A stretch of 64,000 nucleotides of DNA, taken from positions 46,977 through 110,976 of the forward strand of contig DATMML010000037.1 of NCBI GenBank assembly GCA_035570235.1, given 5' to 3'. The notes beneath the pieces are model-generated. The model worked only from the letters and a program-made list of their open reading frames with translations. It made no database searches and was not told the origin of the DNA. The DNA comes from Vicinamibacteria bacterium (GTDB lineage Bacteria > Acidobacteriota > Vicinamibacteria > Fen-336). Positions 57,936-64,000 of the stretch are shown piece by piece; positions within the stretch are counted from its first letter, which is position 1; every line of letters starts with the position of its first letter. Position numbers and translations under genes: made by a program.

Positions 57936-58898
57936 TCATCGAACCCATCCCAGGGACAGGATGAGTGGGTAGTGAATTTGGGCGCCGACCGCCCGCGTGA
58001 GGAACGGCACCTGGGCCGTCATCGTCCACCCGCCTGACCGACCGAGAGGCCGGCCGACGCTCAGGGAGACCAGGCCGTCGGTGCGGCCGAGATTGCCCTC
58101 GGTTTCTCTCTTTCCGTCCCAGGTCTCGCTGTTCTCACGGATGACGTCCACTCCGAGGGTGGCCGTCCATCCCCGCCTGATCGGGTGAGTCAGTGACCCG
58201 CTCCCGTGGAACCGATCCCCCGCCCGGTAGCCGTAGTGATTTGCGTAGACCACGGCTCGAGAGTCCACGCTCGCCACCAGCGCGAACTGCCCGAACCGTC
58301 TTCCCGCGGCGAGGCCTATGAGCGGATCGAAGGTCCCGGTCCCGAACTGGATGTGCTCGTGAGGAAGCCCGAGGCGTCCGAGGGCGAACGGATTCACGAC
58401 TGTCGATCCGAGAGGCAGCGAAACACCCGCGCGGCCGGCCAGCGACCATGTCCCGACCTTCTTAGCCGCATGAAGTAACACCGCCGCGTCGGTGCTCCCG
58501 ATCAGGGTCTCGTTCCGGTGGTGGATACTGCCATGGGGAAGGACGACGGGGAGCCGATCGGGAGTCAGGAAGTGAACCCGGCTCGTGACTTGGCGAAAGC
58601 CGGCCACGAGCTCGAGGCCGAGGCCAGGCCTTAGGCCGCGGGCGGCGGTGACGCCGATCTGCCCGGTGGTGAAGTCCTGAACATGCCAGATGTCACCCTC
58701 GTCGGTGGCGACGTGCTCGGTATGGGTGAGAGTGCCTCCCAGGACGCCCGCCAACCTCCAGGCGCCCGGCGCCGGAGGCGCCAGCGAGAACCCGCCGACC
58801 GGCAGGTTCGGGTTCGATCAGCCCGCGCACGCACCAGCCCACAGGGGGGCGGCGGAGAGTGCCAGCAGCAAGCCAACGGAAAGGATCTGGAGCTTCAT
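57936..58898 (-). CDS. secreted beta-rich protein (outer-membrane-like) with in-frame TGA after the signal peptide; candidate selenoprotein (C-A-G-U), alternatively a pseudogene
   Basis: RBS gaggagg plus AUG. Reads MKLQILSVGLLLALSAAPLWA/GACAG-[TGA]-SNPNLPVGGFSLAPPAPGAWRL(TTG)AGVLGG... and continues in the same frame into the 272-aa track ORF 57936..58754. Confidence 0.45.
58787..58810 (-). other. SECIS-like hairpin 8 nt 3' of the in-frame UGA
   Basis: mRNA gaaccugcc[GGUC]ggcggguuc: 9-bp stem with one G-U pair and a GGUC tetraloop about 18 nt after the UGA. Confidence 0.4.
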
Positions 58899-58976
58899 GT
58901 TTCTCCTCCTCAGACCTGGCAGGCCTACGGCCGGCCCAGGTCGGACGTTCAGGCGACGGCCAGGCGGAGGAGAGGC

Positions 58977-59345
58977 TTAGAGGCGAAGAACGGTGTTCGA
59001 CGGCGGCGAGGGACCCGGAGCGACCTCAAGCGAGGAGGCGCGGCGCGGCCCCCAACGCCACTGCGGGGCCATGGCAACCGGGGTCGGGAGGCCGAGCGAC
59101 GGCAACGAACTCCATGGACCAGAGACCGTGCGCAGGTTGGGACTCTGAGCGGCCGCGATCGCATATCGCCCCGCAGGCGGAGTCTTTCGGCAGCAGTCCT
59201 CAGTCTTGCCCGACTGGTGGCAGCCGGCGGCGTCGCTCTGACAGCAAGCCATCGACGCGCGATCGTACTCGCCACAAGAGATGCCACTGAAGAGCGAAAG
59301 GACGAGGGCGGGGACGGGCAGGACGGCCGCCAAGGCGCGGATCAC
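58977..59345 (-). CDS. small secreted cysteine-rich protein candidate
   Basis: GTG start, signal-peptide-like MIRALAAVLPVPALVLSLFSG, then ISCGEY...CCQSDAAGCHQSGKTEDCC. C-terminal half is low-complexity and may be out of frame. Low-GC patch. Confidence 0.25.
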   Translation of the reverse strand: MIRALAAVLPVPALVLSLFSGISCGEYDRASMACCQSDAAGCHQSGKTEDCCRKTPPAGRYAIAAAQSPNLRTVSGPWSSLPSLGLPTPVAMAPQWRWGPRRASSLEVAPGPSPPSNTVLRL

Positions 59346-59563
59346 GTAAGGAGCATAGCACGGGCACTCGGTCCGACCGCGGGCAATAGCGGCGGGGCCG
59401 CGCCTGGCTCGGGGGCTCGCGGCGGCTTCGGGGTATCATCACCCCGTGAGACGGAAGCGATTGGAATCGCGTTGCCACGGCACCGCTAGCGGGGCGACGG
59501 AGCCTGCTCGGGATTTCCCGGGGACACGCGGCCCGGCCGACTTCGACCGGTTCAACAACTAGC

Positions 59564-60106
59564 GTGTCCATCCTCAAGGTCGCGCGCCTCGGCCACCCCG
59601 TCGTGCGGACTCCGGCCCGCGATCTCGCCCTCGACGAGCTGGGTTCATCCGAGATCCAGCGCTTCATCGACGACATGAAGGAGACCATGCACGAGTACGA
59701 GGGGGTGGGCCTGGCCGCCCCCCAGGTCCACCGCAGCCTCCGCCTGGCCGTGCTCGAAGTGCAGGCCTCGGACGAGCGCACGGAGCAGGCCGTGCCCTTC
59801 ACCGTCCTCGCCAACCCCGTCCTCACGCGGCTTGGAGCGGAGACCCTCACGGGCTGGGAGGGGTGCCTGTCGATCCCCGACCTGCGGGGCCTGGTCCCCC
59901 GCTCCGCGCGAGTGCGCCTGGAGGCCCTGGATCGCGAGGGTCGGCCTTACACGGTCGATGCGGAGGGCTTCTTCGCCCGGGTGATCCAGCACGAGTGCGA
60001 TCACCTGGACGGCCGCGTCTACCTGGACCGGATGCCGGACATGAGGAGCCTCTCGTTCTTCAAGGAGTTCCGGACCTACGCCGCCCCCGATCCCGACGAG
60101 GCGTGA
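59564..60106 (+). CDS. def: peptide deformylase
   Basis: GVGLAAPQV, EGCLSIP and HECDHLDG motifs. Confidence 0.9.
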   Translation: MSILKVARLGHPVVRTPARDLALDELGSSEIQRFIDDMKETMHEYEGVGLAAPQVHRSLRLAVLEVQASDERTEQAVPFTVLANPVLTRLGAETLTGWEGCLSIPDLRGLVPRSARVRLEALDREGRPYTVDAEGFFARVIQHECDHLDGRVYLDRMPDMRSLSFFKEFRTYAAPDPDEA

Positions 60107-60113
60107 AAGGGCC

Positions 60114-61661
60114 ATGGACGAACCGCTCCTCACCGGCCCCCCCCTGGTCACCCTCCGCAACGCCTCCTCCCGACCTTACGACGGGGCGGTGGCGGCCGCC
60201 CGCACCTGCTACTCGCCGCGGGTGGTGGGGGTGGAGGAGATCACGCCCGCCCAGCGCGAGTCGATCGGGCCCCTGACCTTCGCCGCCGGCCATCACACCG
60301 TCTACCAGCACGCCCACTTCGAGTTCGGCCTCGAGAACGTGAGCCGACAGTTCGTGTGGTCGTTCCTCCACTCCCACCCCTTCTACAACTCCGAGCAGTC
60401 CAGCCAGCGCTTCGTGCGCTTGGACGAAGTGCGGGCCTTCGTGCCGGGGGGGCTGGCTGCGGAGGCCTCGAGGGTCTACCAGGAGGCGGTGCTGGGGGCC
60501 TGGCGGGCCTACCGCCAGCTCTCCGGGATCCTGAAGGAGGAGACCCAGGGCATCCTGGCCGACCTCCGCCATCTGACCCCGGGCGCCTCCGAGAAGAGGA
60601 AAAAGAAGGTCGCGCGGGAGGCGGAGAAAAAGGCCATCGAGACCGCCCGCTATGTGATCCCGGTGGCCGGTTTCACCTCCATGGTGCACACCGTCTCCGG
60701 CATCGTCTTGCATCGGCTCCACCGCATGATGCGCACGGGGGACACCCCGCGGGAGAGCGCGGCCGTGGTCTCGGCCATGGTGGACCGGGTACGCGCGCTG
60801 GACCCCGAGTTCTTCGATCGCGTGGGGGAAGGACCCCTGTCCGAGGAGGAGGTTGTCGAGTTCCGCTTCCCCCGGGGAGCGGAGGACGGCGATGCGGAGG
60901 CGGCCCGGATCGACACCCGCCTGGGGCCGCGCACCTCCCTCCTCGTGGACTACACGGCGCGGGGCGAGGAGACCACGGCGGAGGCGGTGCGGGCCGTCCT
61001 GGGGCTGAGCGCCGAGGCCCTCCCCGACGATGAAGCCCTGGAGCGCGCCCTAAACCCCCGCCTGAACCGCTACCGCCTGGAGACCCTGCAGCTCTCCCTT
61101 CACGCCCCCCTGTCCCGCGCCCTGCACCACTCGACCTATACGTTCCTGAAGCGCCTCTCCCACACCGCGGACAGCCAAGACCAGCGCCACCGCATGGTTC
61201 CCGCCTCCCGGCCCCTCATGACCTTGACCGACACCGTGCGGCCCGACTACGTCACGCCCCCGCTGGTGAGCGCAAACCCGAGAGCGCGCGAGGTGTACGA
61301 GGAGGCCATGGCCCGGGCCTGGGCGGCCAAGAACCGGCTCCTGGAGATGGGCGTTCCCAAGGAGTCGGCCCTCTACCTGCTCCCCAATGCCAAGGCCCTC
61401 CGCTTCCATGAGAGCGGCAGCCTGCTCTACCTGGGCCACAAATGGGTGATGCGCACGTGCTTTAACGCCCAGGAGGAGATCTACCGGGCCTCCATGGACG
61501 AGCTGGAGCAGGTGCGGACGCTCCACCCCCGCCTCGTCCGCTACATGGGCCCCCCCTGCGTGCTCCGCGCCGGCCTGGTCACGCCCACCTGCACGGAAGG
61601 CGAACACTTCTGCGGGGTGCCGGTCTGGCGGAGCTTCCCGGACGTGAAGCGGCGGATCTAG
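60114..61661 (+). CDS. thyX: tandem ThyX-domain protein (flavin-dependent thymidylate synthase-like, duplicated)
   Basis: 515 aa, twice the normal ThyX length. First half has a ThyX core (AARTCYSP...HHTVYQHAHFEF...SRQF...SEQSSQRF) but HSH in place of RHR. Second half keeps RHR (QDQRHRMVPAS). Confidence 0.6.
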   Translation: MDEPLLTGPPLVTLRNASSRPYDGAVAAARTCYSPRVVGVEEITPAQRESIGPLTFAAGHHTVYQHAHFEFGLENVSRQFVWSFLHSHPFYNSEQSSQRFVRLDEVRAFVPGGLAAEASRVYQEAVLGAWRAYRQLSGILKEETQGILADLRHLTPGASEKRKKKVAREAEKKAIETARYVIPVAGFTSMVHTVSGIVLHRLHRMMRTGDTPRESAAVVSAMVDRVRALDPEFFDRVGEGPLSEEEVVEFRFPRGAEDGDAEAARIDTRLGPRTSLLVDYTARGEETTAEAVRAVLGLSAEALPDDEALERALNPRLNRYRLETLQLSLHAPLSRALHHSTYTFLKRLSHTADSQDQRHRMVPASRPLMTLTDTVRPDYVTPPLVSANPRAREVYEEAMARAWAAKNRLLEMGVPKESALYLLPNAKALRFHESGSLLYLGHKWVMRTCFNAQEEIYRASMDELEQVRTLHPRLVRYMGPPCVLRAGLVTPTCTEGEHFCGVPVWRSFPDVKRRI

Positions 61662-63010
61662 AGTCCTTCCACCGCGCGGGCCGCGGCAAAGCCGCTGCGG
61701 ACCGCGCCCTCGATGGTGGCGGGAAGGGCGGTCGCCGTCCAGTCGCCGGCCAGGAACAAGCCGCGCACGGGGGTGACGGGCCCGGGACGGAGCGTTTCCG
61801 CGGCTGGATCCGAAGCGAAGGTGGCGTCGGGCTCGCGCATCACCAGCGAGCGCAGCACGGTGGCCCCGGCCATGGCCGGGAAGTAGCGCTTGAGGGTGGC
61901 TTCCGCGGCCCCCTTCAGCTCCGCGTTGGGGCGGGGCACCACGCGGTTGGCCGCGCTCACGATGAAGGCCAGGTGCTGGGGGGCTCCGCGGCGGCCGTAG
62001 AGGCGGCCCTTGTCGAAGACCCACTCGACCGGGGAGTCGCGCAGGCCCACCATCGGCCGATCCACCACCACGCGGTCCAGCCACATCTCGATCGACACGA
62101 TGGGAGAGCGGGCGAGCCGGGCCAGGCCCGCAAAGGGCGGCTCCCCGCGGAGGGGCTCGGGGAGCAGCTCCCCCAGGGCATGCCAGGGAACCGCCGCCAC
62201 CACCGCGTCCGCGGCCAGGGACTCGACCACCGCGGGCTGCCCCTCCCGGATCTGGGCCCGCGTCTCCGCGCGTTGCCGGAAGCGGACGCCGGTGGCGCGG
62301 CCGCCCGTCACCTCGATGGCTTCCACCAGGGCCCGCCGCCGGACCACCCCCCCGCGGCCCTCGAAATAGCGGGCGAGCCGGTCGTGGAGCCGGCCGTAAC
62401 CCTGACGGAGGAAGATGAGGCGCGAGGCCCGGTGGCTGCTGAGGAACGCCTCCCGGTACACGTTCCAAAAGAGGACGGCGGCGGCGCGCTCGGGGGTCTC
62501 GTTGAGGATGGCCAGGGCCAGGGGGTCCCAGAGCAAGCGACGGGTCTCGCCGCCCTGCCCGGTTTTCCGGAAGTACTCGGCCAGCGTGATCCCCTCGGGC
62601 GGCGCGCCGAACCGGATGGCCAGGCCCAGCCGCAGCGCGTCCCAGCACACCCGCCAGGGCACGCGCAGGCGGAGGAGGCCGACCAGGAGGTGGAGGGGCG
62701 CGGCCAGGGGCGGGCAGTCGAGGACCGCGTAGCCGCGCTCGTCCATGTAGTCGATGTGCAGGTCATCCTGGACCAGAACCAGGTCCTCCGCCCCCGCCCG
62801 TCGCACGAGGTCGAGGGTGGCGGCGTAGGCGGCCACCATCAAGTGGGTACCGTTGTCCACGTCCTCGCCGGAGGGGACGTCCCGGAAGGAGGTGGCGCGG
62901 CCACCCAGCACGCCCCGACGCTCCAGGAGCGTCACCGAATGACGGCGCTCCTGGAGCGCGATGGCCGCGGCCAGGCCCGCGAAGCCGCCCCCCGCGACCA
63001 CGACCCTCAT
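61658..63010 (-). CDS. hpnE: hydroxysqualene dehydroxylase (phytoene-desaturase-like FAD enzyme)
   Basis: MRVVVAGGGFAGLAAA dinucleotide-binding motif. Downstream of hpnD with an ATGA overlap. Confidence 0.7.
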   Translation of the reverse strand: MRVVVAGGGFAGLAAAIALQERRHSVTLLERRGVLGGRATSFRDVPSGEDVDNGTHLMVAAYAATLDLVRRAGAEDLVLVQDDLHIDYMDERGYAVLDCPPLAAPLHLLVGLLRLRVPWRVCWDALRLGLAIRFGAPPEGITLAEYFRKTGQGGETRRLLWDPLALAILNETPERAAAVLFWNVYREAFLSSHRASRLIFLRQGYGRLHDRLARYFEGRGGVVRRRALVEAIEVTGGRATGVRFRQRAETRAQIREGQPAVVESLAADAVVAAVPWHALGELLPEPLRGEPPFAGLARLARSPIVSIEMWLDRVVVDRPMVGLRDSPVEWVFDKGRLYGRRGAPQHLAFIVSAANRVVPRPNAELKGAAEATLKRYFPAMAGATVLRSLVMREPDATFASDPAAETLRPGPVTPVRGLFLAGDWTATALPATIEGAVRSGFAAARAVEGL

Positions 63011-63852
63011 AGGCCCCAGTAGACGCGGGGGACGGTGCGCAGGGCGAGGAAGGCCTTGTGCGGACGCGAGAGCCGGAGGGGGGGCGTCCAGGGGAAGTCC
63101 CGTCGGACCAACTCCTCGAGGAGGGCGCCGTAGACCGCCCCCATGATCTCCGCCGCCAGCATCGAGCGCCGGTCCTCGCCGGGCAGGTGAGCGCGGGCGC
63201 GCCCGTAGTGGTCGCGGGCCCTCTCCGCCTGCTGGAGCAGGAGGGCGTGCACCCCGGGGGACCGCCGGGCGGGGGGAGCGGCCGCGGCTTCGCGAAGCTC
63301 CGTCTCCGAGACGCGGAAGCGCTCCAGGTCCTCGAGGGGGATGTAGAGCCGGTCGCGGGCCGCGTCCACCGCCACGTCGCGCAGGATGTTGGTGAGCTGC
63401 AGAGCCAGGCCCAGCTCCACCGCGTAGTCCCTTGTGGCGGGGTTCAGGTAGCCGAAGATCTCGATGGAGGCCAAGCCCACCGCCGAAGCCACCCGCTCGC
63501 AGTAGAGGCGCAGGTCGGCGAAGGTGGGGTAGCGCCGGGTGGTGAGGTCCATCCGGCACCCGGCCACGATGTCCTCGAAGCAGGCGCGCGGGATCGGGAA
63601 CTGGAAGAGACACTCCGCCAGGTCGCGGCCGAGCTCGGTGGTGGGCTGGCCAAGGTAGCAGCGGTGGACCTCCTCCAGCCAGTGGTTGAGGCCCGCCTCC
63701 CCCTCCCCCCCCGCCTCGTCCACGCAGTCGTCCACCACGCGGCAAAAGGAATAGAGGGCGAAGATGGCGCGGCGCTTCTGCGCGGGGAGCAGGCGGAAGG
63801 CGTAGTAGAAGTTGGTGCCGCTCTTCTGGGTCAGGCGGGCGGAGACGCTCAT
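63007..63852 (-). CDS. hpnD: presqualene diphosphate synthase (squalene/phytoene synthase family)
   Basis: FYYAFRLLP...RVVDDCVDE (first Asp-rich motif), and a later DxxxD-type motif. Confidence 0.75.
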   Translation of the reverse strand: MSVSARLTQKSGTNFYYAFRLLPAQKRRAIFALYSFCRVVDDCVDEAGGEGEAGLNHWLEEVHRCYLGQPTTELGRDLAECLFQFPIPRACFEDIVAGCRMDLTTRRYPTFADLRLYCERVASAVGLASIEIFGYLNPATRDYAVELGLALQLTNILRDVAVDAARDRLYIPLEDLERFRVSETELREAAAAPPARRSPGVHALLLQQAERARDHYGRARAHLPGEDRRSMLAAEIMGAVYGALLEELVRRDFPWTPPLRLSRPHKAFLALRTVPRVYWGL

Positions 63853-64000
63853 GGCCGCCAGCGCCAGGCCCGCCAGGCGAGGCCCAGCTTGTCCAGGGGC
63901 CCGAAGCGCGGGCGCCGCCGGAAGACATCCGCCCCTACCGCTTCGATGCGGTCCAGGATGCCCGCCCCCCCCAAGAAGGTCAGCCGCATCTCGAAGCGGA
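63849..64000 (-). CDS. hpnC: squalene/phytoene-synthase-family protein, C-terminal fragment (start beyond window)
   Basis: Open frame ending ...GILDRIEAVGADVFRRRPRFGPLDKLGLAWRAWRWRP* with TGA overlapping the hpnD ATG. Assignment rests on conserved hpnCDE order. Confidence 0.4.
   Translation of the reverse strand, partial: RFEMRLTFLGGAGILDRIEAVGADVFRRRPRFGPLDKLGLAWRAWRWRP

Noticed and set aside
1-64000. Searched for CRISPR repeats, IS/transposase/integrase genes, rRNA and tRNA genes, and toxin-antitoxin or phage-defence cassettes
   Set aside because: I saw no regularly spaced direct repeats and no transposase/integrase-like ORFs. There are no canonical tRNA T-loop/acceptor features and no ATPase/nuclease defence pairs. 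The window appears to be ordinary chromosomal backbone apart from the low-GC patches.

Overview
This is a 64 kb chromosomal stretch of very high GC (about 70%) from an uncultured-type bacterium, possibly Acidobacteria- or Rokubacteria-like. It contains about 60 densely packed genes with many 4-bp GTGA/ATGA start-stop overlaps, and I found no rRNA, tRNA, CRISPR array or mobile element. Most of the content is core and accessory metabolism: serC, hbd plus crotonase, glgC, infA, def, erpA, a fused 2-oxoacid dehydrogenase E1, hpnCDE hopanoid genes, a MacB-type ABC transporter with an AttH/CrtC-like partner, and a polyamine-like module (AdoMetDC, DUF4178, DUF350, membrane SpeE-like). At the 5' end sits an island reminiscent of the selenium-dependent molybdenum-hydroxylase neighbourhood: M20 peptidase, SsnA-like amidohydrolase, two fold-type-II PLP enzymes and an FAD-less Mo-hydroxylase. 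The main hunt result is two genes the ORF track missed because each is split by an in-frame TGA. One is a 74-codon glutaredoxin-like gene with TGA exactly at the first Cys of the CPYC motif (U-P-Y-T). The other is a signal-peptide-bearing beta-rich protein with a C-A-G-U motif right after the signal-peptidase site. Each TGA is followed about 8 nt later by a SECIS-like hairpin (GGUC or GU-containing loop, one with a bulged U), so both are candidate undescribed selenoproteins. Smaller observations include a tandem ThyX fusion with complementary motif loss, a DegP-like pseudo-protease, a Rieske oxygenase coupled to a double PilZ protein, and a NuoF-like flavoprotein coupled to membrane partners. 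All coordinates were read by eye and may be off by a base or two.
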